Source: an uncultured virus (IMG/VR IMGVR_UViG_3300025141_012307)
Lineage: Duplodnaviria; Heunggongvirae; Uroviricota; Caudoviricetes
Length of the DNA stretch: 64,000 bases
Direction: 5' to 3' (one strand)
Virus record (IMG/VR): IMGVR_UViG_3300025141_012307
In this document: piece by piece, positions 7,785-16,881 of the stretch
Numbering within the stretch: position 1 is the first letter of the stretch
Layout of the letters: each line of letters begins with the position of its first letter
Program-made: the position numbers and the translations under genes
Notes under the pieces: generated by a model
Databases searched by the model: none
The model's input: the letters and a program-made list of their open reading frames with translations, nothing else
What the model was told of the DNA's origin: nothing

Positions 7785-8024
7785 ATGTGGAATTCTATTA
7801 CTAAAAGGTTCATTCTTAATGAGGATGTCAAAGTTGATCCACTTGCCTCTGTTCAGGCATTATACGATATAATTACGAATGTTAAAGTGTCAACTCAGAG
7901 GGACAACAAAAGAATACACGTAGCCAAAGAGCATGTAAGAAATATTAAAAGACAACTTCGAAGTCTTAACGAAAAAGTTTCGAAGCTTGAAGAAGAGCTT
8001 AGTCTACTAAACGAGGAAAAATAA
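7785..8024 (+). CDS. Small coiled-coil protein
   Basis: SD AGGAG; heptad-like C-terminus; several LNE motifs. Confidence 0.6.
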   Translation: MWNSITKRFILNEDVKVDPLASVQALYDIITNVKVSTQRDNKRIHVAKEHVRNIKRQLRSLNEKVSKLEEELSLLNEEK

Positions 8025-11000
8025 ATGGGCGGTGTTTATGGTAAGACCGGGCATATGTCTCATTTATATGACAATCCCGATTTAACATTCCAGGAAATGA
8101 AAGAAATTCTACAAGCCGCGGCCAACGCAGACTTAGATGTAGAAGAAAAGCTAGATGGGCAAAATCTATATTTATCTTACTCAATACCAGAGGGGAAAGC
8201 CAAAGCTTCTAGGAACCTTACGCATCTTCGTAACAAGGGTGTTGATGCAATGGGATTAGCTAATAAGTTTGCTGGGCGTGGTACACTGTATGATGCCTTT
8301 ACAAATTCTTTTGATGCTTTCGAAAAAGCAGTAGAAACAATGAGCCCAGAAGCTAGAGAGAAGGTTTTTGGACCAGATACGAACTTTTGGTATAATGCAG
8401 AAGTGATGGATCCGGATAATCCAAATATTATCAACTATGATTCTAAAACACTCAAAATACACGATAAAGGTCATTATCGATTTGACAGGAAAGCAAAGGA
8501 CGGAAAAGGGGACAAGATTTTTGAGGATTTCACAGAGAGGTTAGAAATCTTAGATTCGCATCTTGATAGAATACAAAAAGCCCTAGAGAATCATGACTTT
8601 TCACTTATAAGAGACGCGGCTCTTCAATTAAAAAAGATGTCTGATGATGTTCCCTTGCGTACAGCCATTACTAAAATTAACTCTATTATCGGTAGAGAGG
8701 GACTAAATGATAACGATACTGTAGGTGATTATTTATACAAACGAGTTCACAGTGGGTTAGATACCGATCTCAATGATTTAAAAAAGGAAGAAATAACAAA
8801 CTACTTGTTGAAGCTCCCAAGTAATGTGGGACTTAGGGCAATCAAAAAAGGACTATCTCCAGAAGATACGCAAGACCTAAATGCTATTATAGCATCAAAA
8901 TCCAATATACTTCAACAAGCGATTCAGCCAGTTGAAAATGTGATTCATGATTTTACTGTAGAGTTGCTAAAAGGAATGGAAAGCCGGTTTATTCTTGATA
9001 ACGATAAGGAAACCGAAAGACTTCAAAATAACTTAGCAAACGCAGTAAACGCCCTTACGGCAACAGGTTCAGAAGATCCTGCCGCCATAGAGATAATGCA
9101 AAGGCACCTAAACAAGATTAAGGACTTTGTGAATATCTCTACCCCTATTGAGGGAGTTGTTTTTGATTATAACGGGCACACTTACAAATTCACCGGTAAT
9201 TTCGCCCCTCTTAACCAGATTTTAGGAATGGTTGACCCTACAAAATATAGCCGCGGCCCACAAAACCCCGAAACAAATAATGAGTCCTTAATCTTTTCTA
9301 AAAATATTATAAAAGAAGAGGAAGAGAAAATATCTTCTGAACCTAGTAAAGCAGAACGCTTTGTGCTTTCATTGCCAAAATTTACTCCTACAGAAGCTTG
9401 GGGTGATCCCAATTCTATGGAAAGAGAACAGATTCAAAGAATATTTGATACCGTTGGTGGTGGTGCAACTATTCAAGAAAAATTACAGTTCTTAAATGAT
9501 TCTATTAACAATCCCCGAGGAGGAATCAGATCTCCTCGTAGAATTATCAGTACTCTGATTCTTCTGGAATCTATTAGGGCTGTTATTGAATCATTTGGTG
9601 AATCGCCTGCCGGTTTTGTTTTTGAAGGTTTTATGGCCGGATTACTTCGCGGTAAGCAAGTTGCCGGCAGAACTGAAAAGGGTAATCTCCCTATTCAAGA
9701 TTTAATTGCTTTCTCTGAACTTGGTGGTGGTAAAAGTGTACCAGTAAGTCTCAAATTGTTAAAGGGATTAGCTCCCGGAAAAAAAGGTAAGATAACAGAT
9801 ATTGAAGGAAGTTATACTAATCTCATAGATGCACTAGAAGAATTTGGACTCATGGTTTACATCGTTGGTAGAAAAGATGGTGAACAAATTGTCCTTGAGA
9901 AATTTACTTTTACTAGAGATAATTTTATGGAAGCTCTTATAAGAGGGGCTACAGGCGGATTAGTTAAAGAAGCTTATTTGTTTCAACTCCCCGGAAAAAC
10001 AGTTGAACAATCTATTCGTAAACTTAAACGAACAAAAGATTGGGATACAAAATATGAACTCTTGCAAACAACTTATGGTTACGACCCTAAAGAACGGGCT
10101 CGAAAACTAAGCAACAAAGAAAAAGAAGAAGAAATAGCCATAACGGATGAGGTACCTGACGGAGAAGATATAGAAGTAGAAGTGGACTCAGAAGAGGTAA
10201 AGACTCCTGGAAATAGAAAAGATACTTCATATTCTGTAAAAGAATGTCGAAGACTTTGGAATGAAAGGCTGAACGAATCATTATTGGTCGAATCTTCCCA
10301 GCGACAATGGTCTATTAGTCCCGCCCAATTAAGAAGCATTGCTCCTATGGTTGATTATGAAAAATTAGGATCTTTACCTTATAATTCCAATAAGATTGTA
10401 CAAGTCGCTGAACAATATATGAAATACTTGTCTGATAATCTTTTGAATGTCTTTGAGGCTACTAAAGATTTGTCTGAAAATATCACGCAGTATTTTACTT
10501 TCCGAAAAAGAAGCAAAGCTATTTCATCAGGGGAAAAAGCGATTGAAGATTCTAACACGATTAGTGATGAAATGGCTCAACAATTAAGTCAAGACAAAGG
10601 TGTAAAAGAATCATTAAATAATGAGAGATCATATACACAAGGCATTAAGAACTCGGGAGACACCAATGGAAAAAAGATTGCCCTTTTCCCAGGGAAATTT
10701 AAACCACCCCATAGAGGACATTATGAGTTCGCTAAAAAAATGGCTAAAAAACTTGGAAATGAAGGAGAGGTGGTTGTTTTAATTTCTCCATCTTCTAAGC
10801 CTGAAGTAAACCCTCAACAGTCGTTAGAAATTTGGAATCAATATCTGCAATCCGGTGATGCTCCGGATAATATCCAAGTGGAAATTGCGGATTATCGCAG
10901 CCCAATCACCTCAGTTTATGAGTTTGTAGCTGATCCTGTCAAAGCGAGAGCCGGTGATACTATTTATTTAATCAAGAGTTCAAAAGATGTCGGAGATACA

Positions 11001-11387
11001 AGGTATAACGGGGCTCAGTCTTATGCTGAAAGAAAAAATCCTGGTGTCAATGTAGAAATAATAGAGGAAGATCCTGTGACTCGTCCTGATGGAACCCCTT
11101 ACAATGGTGAAGATGCTAGAGAAGCTATAGCCATGAATGACGCTGTCCTTTTCAATACTTTTGTACCAAAAGTTATCGATTCAGATGAAATATGGAATAT
11201 TTTTCATCCAAACGAATCATATAACGAGCACGTAGACTTTATGATAGACGAGATCTCGGCGATGGGATCCGGAGCCGTTTCTGGCGGTGGTTCTGGCTTC
11301 GGGCCACCCAATACCTATAACCCCTATACTCCCGGTAGAGTAAAAAAACCTAAAGTTAAGCGGGCAAAACGACAAAGGCGGAAGTAA
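8025..11387 (+). CDS. Multidomain protein: N-terminal RNA-ligase-like nucleotidyltransferase domain, central unknown domain, C-terminal HxGH cytidyltransferase-like domain
   Basis: EKLDG (KxDG), EGVVF and YKF motifs in the first ~400 aa; IALFPGKFKPPHRGH near the C-terminus. Confidence 0.65.
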   Translation: MGGVYGKTGHMSHLYDNPDLTFQEMKEILQAAANADLDVEEKLDGQNLYLSYSIPEGKAKASRNLTHLRNKGVDAMGLANKFAGRGTLYDAFTNSFDAFEKAVETMSPEAREKVFGPDTNFWYNAEVMDPDNPNIINYDSKTLKIHDKGHYRFDRKAKDGKGDKIFEDFTERLEILDSHLDRIQKALENHDFSLIRDAALQLKKMSDDVPLRTAITKINSIIGREGLNDNDTVGDYLYKRVHSGLDTDLNDLKKEEITNYLLKLPSNVGLRAIKKGLSPEDTQDLNAIIASKSNILQQAIQPVENVIHDFTVELLKGMESRFILDNDKETERLQNNLANAVNALTATGSEDPAAIEIMQRHLNKIKDFVNISTPIEGVVFDYNGHTYKFTGNFAPLNQILGMVDPTKYSRGPQNPETNNESLIFSKNIIKEEEEKISSEPSKAERFVLSLPKFTPTEAWGDPNSMEREQIQRIFDTVGGGATIQEKLQFLNDSINNPRGGIRSPRRIISTLILLESIRAVIESFGESPAGFVFEGFMAGLLRGKQVAGRTEKGNLPIQDLIAFSELGGGKSVPVSLKLLKGLAPGKKGKITDIEGSYTNLIDALEEFGLMVYIVGRKDGEQIVLEKFTFTRDNFMEALIRGATGGLVKEAYLFQLPGKTVEQSIRKLKRTKDWDTKYELLQTTYGYDPKERARKLSNKEKEEEIAITDEVPDGEDIEVEVDSEEVKTPGNRKDTSYSVKECRRLWNERLNESLLVESSQRQWSISPAQLRSIAPMVDYEKLGSLPYNSNKIVQVAEQYMKYLSDNLLNVFEATKDLSENITQYFTFRKRSKAISSGEKAIEDSNTISDEMAQQLSQDKGVKESLNNERSYTQGIKNSGDTNGKKIALFPGKFKPPHRGHYEFAKKMAKKLGNEGEVVVLISPSSKPEVNPQQSLEIWNQYLQSGDAPDNIQVEIADYRSPITSVYEFVADPVKARAGDTIYLIKSSKDVGDTRYNGAQSYAERKNPGVNVEIIEEDPVTRPDGTPYNGEDAREAIAMNDAVLFNTFVPKVIDSDEIWNIFHPNESYNEHVDFMIDEISAMGSGAVSGGGSGFGPPNTYNPYTPGRVKKPKVKRAKRQRRK

Positions 11388-11397
11388 TTATAATACT

Positions 11398-12189
11398 ATG
11401 AAAAATATAGATAGACAACAAATGATAGCCGAACAAGTAATTCGCGAACACGTTCGTAAAAGAATTAAAAATAAGATCCTAGAACAAAGACAGAATGAAG
11501 GTAAGCTTCGAAAAGTAATTCGTCGGATGATACTTGAAACGGAAACAGGCACAGAAGAGCCAAATAGCTTTACTGGAATAAATGTGCTAGCTGATTTATT
11601 AAAAAGCATCGTACCTGTTCTGGGAGATGGTTACAAAATGCTTACTACTTCAGAAGCGCAGAGGCAGTCATTTAGGACTCATATAATCCACGCTGTTAAG
11701 AATACTTTACGTCCGATTGAAGTTAATAAAGACGCAGAAGACGTCCAAGAACGCTTTGAGTATGAAATTGATGCCGATATCCTTTTAGAAAAAGTAGCTA
11801 TGGTTGTTGATGATGAGGCAGCCGAATCCGTCGAAGGTGAGTTCATCGATATCGAGGACTCCGCACCAGTAGAAGATGAGTTTGTAAGAGTTGACGATCA
11901 AAATGAAACAGGTCGCAACTTTGCTGCGGAAACATTTAAAAAAATAGAAAAACAAATAGTAGACGCCTATGACCTATTGGCGGACGATGAAGACCGTAAT
12001 ATGTTTTATGAGTACCTGCTTACGAATCTTCTCCTCTATTTTGATAAGTTTGAAGATGAGTTGGCCAATGAGCTTCCAGATGTTTCTACCAAGGAATATG
12101 AAGAAGAGAAGCATGACACTGCATCTGCCGGCAGCGAATTCGCACCCGACGCCCCAGCCGGCGAAGCAGATCTCGGCTTAGAACTTTAA
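11398..12189 (+). CDS. Acidic hypothetical protein, possibly head-associated
   Basis: Basic N-terminal helix with I/L-x-E motifs; strongly acidic remainder. Confidence 0.6.
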   Translation: MKNIDRQQMIAEQVIREHVRKRIKNKILEQRQNEGKLRKVIRRMILETETGTEEPNSFTGINVLADLLKSIVPVLGDGYKMLTTSEAQRQSFRTHIIHAVKNTLRPIEVNKDAEDVQERFEYEIDADILLEKVAMVVDDEAAESVEGEFIDIEDSAPVEDEFVRVDDQNETGRNFAAETFKKIEKQIVDAYDLLADDEDRNMFYEYLLTNLLLYFDKFEDELANELPDVSTKEYEEEKHDTASAGSEFAPDAPAGEADLGLEL

Positions 12190-12198
12190 AAATAAAAC

Positions 12199-12226
12199 TT
12201 AACACTTTCTCAGGGCTCGTTATAAT
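12199..12226 (+). promoter_or_regulatory. Possible sigma70-type promoter (TTAACA-16 nt-TATAAT)
   Basis: Near-consensus hexamers in an intergenic region. Confidence 0.45.
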
Positions 12227-12334
12227 AGCTGCAAGCTGTTTAACAACTAATCTAAACTATTCTTTACTTCTTACTACTTTATTCTAACTATAACAGCTTA
12301 AAACTCTGCTAGCATATAAGTAAGAATAAATAAG

Positions 12335-12363
12335 TTGACAACTCTAGCGTATTGCTATATAGT
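12335..12363 (+). promoter_or_regulatory. Sigma70-type promoter for tmRNA (TTGACA-17 nt-TATAGT)
   Basis: Perfect -35, 17-nt spacer, near-consensus -10 ending 11 nt before the tmRNA 5' end. Confidence 0.75.
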
Positions 12364-12374
12364 ACTATAGTAAT

Positions 12375-12698
12375 GGGGGTAACCGGTATCGATTGACGGG
12401 GAAGTAGAAAAGGTGCAAGGGTGAGGGAAGCGTGGCTCACTAAAAACGCTTAAACTTTTAATCGCAAACGACGATTTTAACATGGAGATGGCAGCTTAAA
12501 AACCTGACCTCTCTTGAGGCGACGGCAGCCGATAAACAGAAAGCCGTATTTGAGAACCTTAAGGCTTTTGATTATCTCAGCCACAATAAGATGATCTAGT
12601 CAAGCGGGCTGTCCGACGAAAAAAACAGGCCTAACCTTGTGAATGACCTTTCTGTGAAACTGGACAAGACGGGAGTTCGATTCTCCCTACCTCCACCA
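12375..12698 (+). ncRNA. ssrA: tmRNA; resume tag ANDDFNMEMAA* at 12464-12499
   Basis: GGGGGTA/TACCTCC acceptor with G3-U wobble, ACCA end, T arm GGGAG-TTCGATT-CTCCC, internal reading frame GCAAACGAC...GCAGCTTAA. Confidence 0.93.
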
Positions 12699-12723
12699 GC
12701 CGCCCTCGGGCGGCTTTTTTTTT
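12699..12723 (+). terminator. Intrinsic terminator after tmRNA
   Basis: GCCGCC-CTCG-GGCGGC followed by T8. Confidence 0.88.
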
Positions 12724-12766
12724 GTGGGGAATCTATTTATTATATGCCTTTAAGATTGGTGGTAAA

Positions 12767-14074
12767 TTGACAAAAACTCTTATACTTGATACTAATGTTT
12801 ATTTAACAGACGCACAGTCTCTTTTTTCTTTTGGCAGAAGTAACGTTGCAGTTCCAACTATTGTACTAGATGAGATTGACCGGCACAAACACCGACAAGA
12901 TACAGCAGGCTTAAATGCCAGGACAATGAATCGAGTGTTAGATAAGCTTCGCTCAAAAGGAAGTTTATTACATGGCGTTCCACTTGGCAGCGGAAAAGGT
13001 AAAGTCTTTGCCGCACAATATGATCCAAGATATATGCCCGCCGGCATGGATCAAGAAGACTCCGATAACAAAATAATTGCTGTTGCTCTTCGACTGAGAA
13101 TAGAGGGCCACGATATCGCCGTGATCTCTCGTGATCTTAATATGCGAGTTAAATGTGACTCGTTCGGGATAGAGTGCTATGATTATCAGCCTCAACAAGC
13201 AGTAAAATCTGTAGAAAACCTATATGACGGCTCTTCGGAGATTGTTGTACCTGATGAGTTGGTGGAGAATTTCTACAACGATATAGAAGTCTTTCTGCCA
13301 GACCAGAAATCAAAATTGTTCCCAAATCACTATTTGGTGCTTAAATCAGAGAAAGATCCAAAGAAGACAGCGCTTTGTCGATTCAAAAACTACGAAACAC
13401 CTCTGCAAAAGATTTATACTTATCGAGACATCTGGGGACTTTCGGCGAAAAACAAAGAACAGAAATACGCCATGGATCTCCTTTTTGATAAAGACATTCA
13501 GATAATATCCTTGACAGGACAGGCAGGAACTGGTAAAACACTTATAGCAGCAGCTTGCGGACTAGAACAGGTCTTACATAATACAAAAGCTAACGGCGGG
13601 TACGATAAATTGATAATCACAAGGCCAGTACAGCCCATGGGTCGAGATATTGGGTTTTTGCCCGGCACTCTAGAGGAGAAGATGTTGCCCTGGATAGCTC
13701 CTATACGTGATAACTTAGAATATCTTTTTGGGGACAAGACGGCACTTCAGATGCACATGGAACAAGGAATTGTAGAGATTGAGGCCATGACATATATTCG
13801 AGGCAGGTCGATCTCAAACGCCTTTATGATAGTTGACGAGGCACAAAACTTAACAACTCACGAATTAAAGACTATAATAACTAGAGTGGGGCATGGTACT
13901 AAATTAGTCCTGACAGGCGATATTCAACAGATTGATAATTCATATGTTGATGCTGTCTCGAATGGGTTGACTCACGCTGTAGAGAAATTTAAGGAATATA
14001 GCATTTCTGGGCATGTGACGCTATATAAGGGAGAGAGATCAAAATTGGCAACTTTAGCGGCTGAAATCCTGTGA
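12767..14074 (+). CDS. phoH: PIN domain-PhoH family ATPase (PhoH2/YlaK-like)
   Basis: PIN motifs ILDTNV, DEID, DNKII, SRDLNMRVK; Walker A GQAGTGKT; IGFLPG, RGRS, DEAQN, GDIQQID. Start moved to TTG 12767. Confidence 0.92.
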   Translation: MTKTLILDTNVYLTDAQSLFSFGRSNVAVPTIVLDEIDRHKHRQDTAGLNARTMNRVLDKLRSKGSLLHGVPLGSGKGKVFAAQYDPRYMPAGMDQEDSDNKIIAVALRLRIEGHDIAVISRDLNMRVKCDSFGIECYDYQPQQAVKSVENLYDGSSEIVVPDELVENFYNDIEVFLPDQKSKLFPNHYLVLKSEKDPKKTALCRFKNYETPLQKIYTYRDIWGLSAKNKEQKYAMDLLFDKDIQIISLTGQAGTGKTLIAAACGLEQVLHNTKANGGYDKLIITRPVQPMGRDIGFLPGTLEEKMLPWIAPIRDNLEYLFGDKTALQMHMEQGIVEIEAMTYIRGRSISNAFMIVDEAQNLTTHELKTIITRVGHGTKLVLTGDIQQIDNSYVDAVSNGLTHAVEKFKEYSISGHVTLYKGERSKLATLAAEIL

Positions 14075-14739
14075 TAACTTATATTACTGAAAAAGTAGAA
14101 AATACTACTCGATATTTTAAATTTGGAAGCATTGAGGTTGAAGAGTTGGAACCTCCACCAGAGAACGTTAGCCTAGATGCAGTATTTAAGGCTGTCGAGA
14201 ATCATTTTCCATCACACTATTTCACAGGCTTGAAAAGTGTTAAAATTGGCAATTTTATTGACCTTCGGGACAAGAATTTCACTGCCCTTTACGACGATGG
14301 AATATTCTATATTAATCACGACCAAGCTGATTCTAAAAGCATTCTAGATGATGTAGTTCATGAGTTTGCTCATCATTTAGAAGCAGTATACACAGATTTG
14401 ATCTATGGAGATAAGTCAATTGTTCGCGAATTCATTGGAAAAAGGACTAGCCTAAAATTTGAACTTCATAGCGAAGGGTACTGGTTGAAGGATTATAATT
14501 TCGATAATCTAAGGTATGACGAAAAATTTGATGAGTTCCTATACAAGCGTCTCGGGAAGTCAATGCTCCGGATGGTCACGACGGGATTATTCATAAGACC
14601 TTATGCGTCGGTCTCTTTAAGGGAGTATTTTGCTACTGGATTTGAAGCTTACTATTTAGGGAAGCGCGACACCCTAGAAAAAATTAGCCCAATGCTATAT
14701 GATAAGATTAATGAACTTCATCATCAGAGAAATTTTTAA
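14071..14739 (+). CDS. HEXXH zinc metallopeptidase-like protein
   Basis: VVHEFAHHLE plus downstream YA...REYFATGFE third-ligand motif. Confidence 0.65.
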   Translation: MITYITEKVENTTRYFKFGSIEVEELEPPPENVSLDAVFKAVENHFPSHYFTGLKSVKIGNFIDLRDKNFTALYDDGIFYINHDQADSKSILDDVVHEFAHHLEAVYTDLIYGDKSIVREFIGKRTSLKFELHSEGYWLKDYNFDNLRYDEKFDEFLYKRLGKSMLRMVTTGLFIRPYASVSLREYFATGFEAYYLGKRDTLEKISPMLYDKINELHHQRNF

Positions 14740-14754
14740 GAAAGCAGGTTACAA

Positions 14755-15594
14755 TTGGCAGGTAAACACATCTCTTATTCTGAGTGGCGGAACTGGCATG
14801 TTTGCCCTCACTACCATAAACTCACTTACATTGATAAAGTAACTCAGTTCCAGGGCAATATTTTTACAGCCTTTGGCAAAGCTCTTCACACTGTTTGTGA
14901 GTTTACTTTGACTTCCCCCGAAAAGTACAGACAAACCGGCGCTATTGAGGCGCTAGTTAAAGAGCAGTTCTTGAAAGAATTGAAGGCTCTGCCCGAGAGT
15001 GAGCAGCAAAGAGCTAAACGTGATTTCAAACTCAAAGAGTGGCTTGTAAGTGGAATAGAAATCATTCCTGACCTTTACCGTTGCCTGACCGACAAGTTCG
15101 GCAAGCTGGGTGAGGACTGGGAAGTACTCAGGGCAGAAGAGCAACTCTATGTGCCCATCACCGAATTCACGGAAGCAGAAAAAAACTTCAAAGGCTTTAT
15201 CGACCTTGTGGTTTATTCCAAAAAGGATGAAAAGGTTCACCTGATTGATTGGAAGACCTGCTCGTGGGGATGGAAGCGTGAAAAGAAGAGCGACAAAATC
15301 CTCGCTTACCAGCTTGTCTTCTATAAGCATTTTTATGTTCAGAAATATGAAGTAGACCCAAAAGATGTGGATTGTCACTTCGTTTTGCTGAAGCGGACAG
15401 CCAAGGCCGGAAAGAAGGCAGAGTTTGTGCGTGTAACGGCAGCTAAAAAAAGAACAACTGACGCCCTTAACGCCTTGACAAAAGCATTGCATAATATCAA
15501 TAAACAGAACTATATTAAGAACCGGGCAGCTTGTACAAATTGTAAAGACCGCTTTGGAACTTGTGAGTTTTACCAAACGGAACATTGTCCATAG
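14755..15594 (+). CDS. PD-(D/E)xK nuclease, Cas4/RecB-like
   Basis: ISYS...CP, FGKALH, E...GFIDLV...IDWKT, QLxxY and a C-terminal Cys cluster (possible Fe-S staple). Confidence 0.85.
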   Translation: MAGKHISYSEWRNWHVCPHYHKLTYIDKVTQFQGNIFTAFGKALHTVCEFTLTSPEKYRQTGAIEALVKEQFLKELKALPESEQQRAKRDFKLKEWLVSGIEIIPDLYRCLTDKFGKLGEDWEVLRAEEQLYVPITEFTEAEKNFKGFIDLVVYSKKDEKVHLIDWKTCSWGWKREKKSDKILAYQLVFYKHFYVQKYEVDPKDVDCHFVLLKRTAKAGKKAEFVRVTAAKKRTTDALNALTKALHNINKQNYIKNRAACTNCKDRFGTCEFYQTEHCP

Positions 15595-15606
15595 GAGGAT
15601 ATTCTT

Positions 15607-16881
15607 TTGACAGAGAAAAAGAAGATAAAAATATTAACACTGAGCGACCACCCCTTGTTGCCTTCTGGTGTCGGCACTCAGACAAAATATATAATACAAG
15701 CATTATTGGATAGTGGAAAATTCTCTGTCCTTTCTCTAGGTGCAGCCGTAAAACATAAAGATTATACTCCTGTACGTGTCCAGGGCTATGAGGAAGATTG
15801 GCAAATCATTCCAGTTGATGGTTATGGTACACAAGAGCAAATTAGAGTACTCTTGGCACAATATGAACCAGATATACTTTATTTCATGACCGACCCTAGA
15901 TTCTATCATTGGCTATGGGGAATGGAACATGAAATCAGACATGCTGTTCCTATGATTTATTACCATGTATGGGATAATAGGCCTTATCCGGTTTACAACA
16001 AATCTTTCTATGATTCTAACGATATGATCGCCACTATTTCGAAGGTGACGAGTGATATTGTCCAGACAGTCTCCCCAGATGTTAAAGAGCAGTATATTCC
16101 TCATGCTGTTGACACAACTATTTTTCGCCCAGCCGAAACGCCGGAAGAAATTAAAAAGTGTGTAGAAATAAGAGATGCTGTCCCTCATATGAATGAGGAT
16201 AAGTTTATAGTATTTTGGAATAACCGAAACGCCCGCCGCAAACAGAGTGGCACGTTACTGTTCTGGTGGAAAACCTTCTTGGATAAAGTAGGGCATGATA
16301 AGGCTACCTTAATTATGCATACTGATATCCGAGATGAACATGGGCAGCCTTTGGACTATATCCTAGAACATTTGGGACTAAACAAAGGACAGGTTGTATT
16401 TTCTGTTCAGAAGATGCCGGCTGAAGAATTGTGTAACTTCTACAGATGGGCAGATTGTACGGTAAACATTGCTGACGCAGAAGGGTTTGGATTGGCAACT
16501 CTAGAGTCTCTTGCTTGTGCAACTCCAATCATCGTGTCAATGACTGGTGGCTTACAGGAGCAAGTAACAGACGGAGAAGAGTGGTTTGGCGTCGGACTTG
16601 AGCCAACTTCTAAGTCACTAATAGGTTCTCTAAACGTGCCATTTATTTATGAGGATAGGGTCAGCGAAGAGTCTTTTGTCAATGCTTTGGAAAAGATATA
16701 CAACATGACGCCCGAAGATCGAACAGCCCTAGGACAAAAAGGTCGGGAACATGTAATGAAGAATTATAATTTCGAAAACTTCAAAGAAACTTGGGTTAGA
16801 ACAATGTTAGAACTCCATGAAAGTTGTGGATCTTGGGAGAATAGAAAAAATTATCAATCTTGGGAGTTAAACACAGTATGA
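15607..16881 (+). CDS. GT-B glycosyltransferase (GT4-like)
   Basis: SGVG, IPHAVD, NRNARRK, EGFGLATLESLAC motifs. Confidence 0.88.
   Translation: MTEKKKIKILTLSDHPLLPSGVGTQTKYIIQALLDSGKFSVLSLGAAVKHKDYTPVRVQGYEEDWQIIPVDGYGTQEQIRVLLAQYEPDILYFMTDPRFYHWLWGMEHEIRHAVPMIYYHVWDNRPYPVYNKSFYDSNDMIATISKVTSDIVQTVSPDVKEQYIPHAVDTTIFRPAETPEEIKKCVEIRDAVPHMNEDKFIVFWNNRNARRKQSGTLLFWWKTFLDKVGHDKATLIMHTDIRDEHGQPLDYILEHLGLNKGQVVFSVQKMPAEELCNFYRWADCTVNIADAEGFGLATLESLACATPIIVSMTGGLQEQVTDGEEWFGVGLEPTSKSLIGSLNVPFIYEDRVSEESFVNALEKIYNMTPEDRTALGQKGREHVMKNYNFENFKETWVRTMLELHESCGSWENRKNYQSWELNTV

Noticed and set aside
12375..12698. Host ssrA at a prophage boundary
   Set aside because: Phage-type genes and the same promoter motif lie on both sides; no integrase or duplicated 3' end was seen.
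14953..15585. Long antisense ORFs (also 24438-24899, 30536-31102 and many shorter ones)
   Set aside because: They are shadows of well-supported + strand genes, with no motifs or ribosome-binding sites.
14755..15594. CRISPR-Cas system
   Set aside because: No repeat-spacer array or other cas gene was seen; solo Cas4-like nucleases are common in phages.
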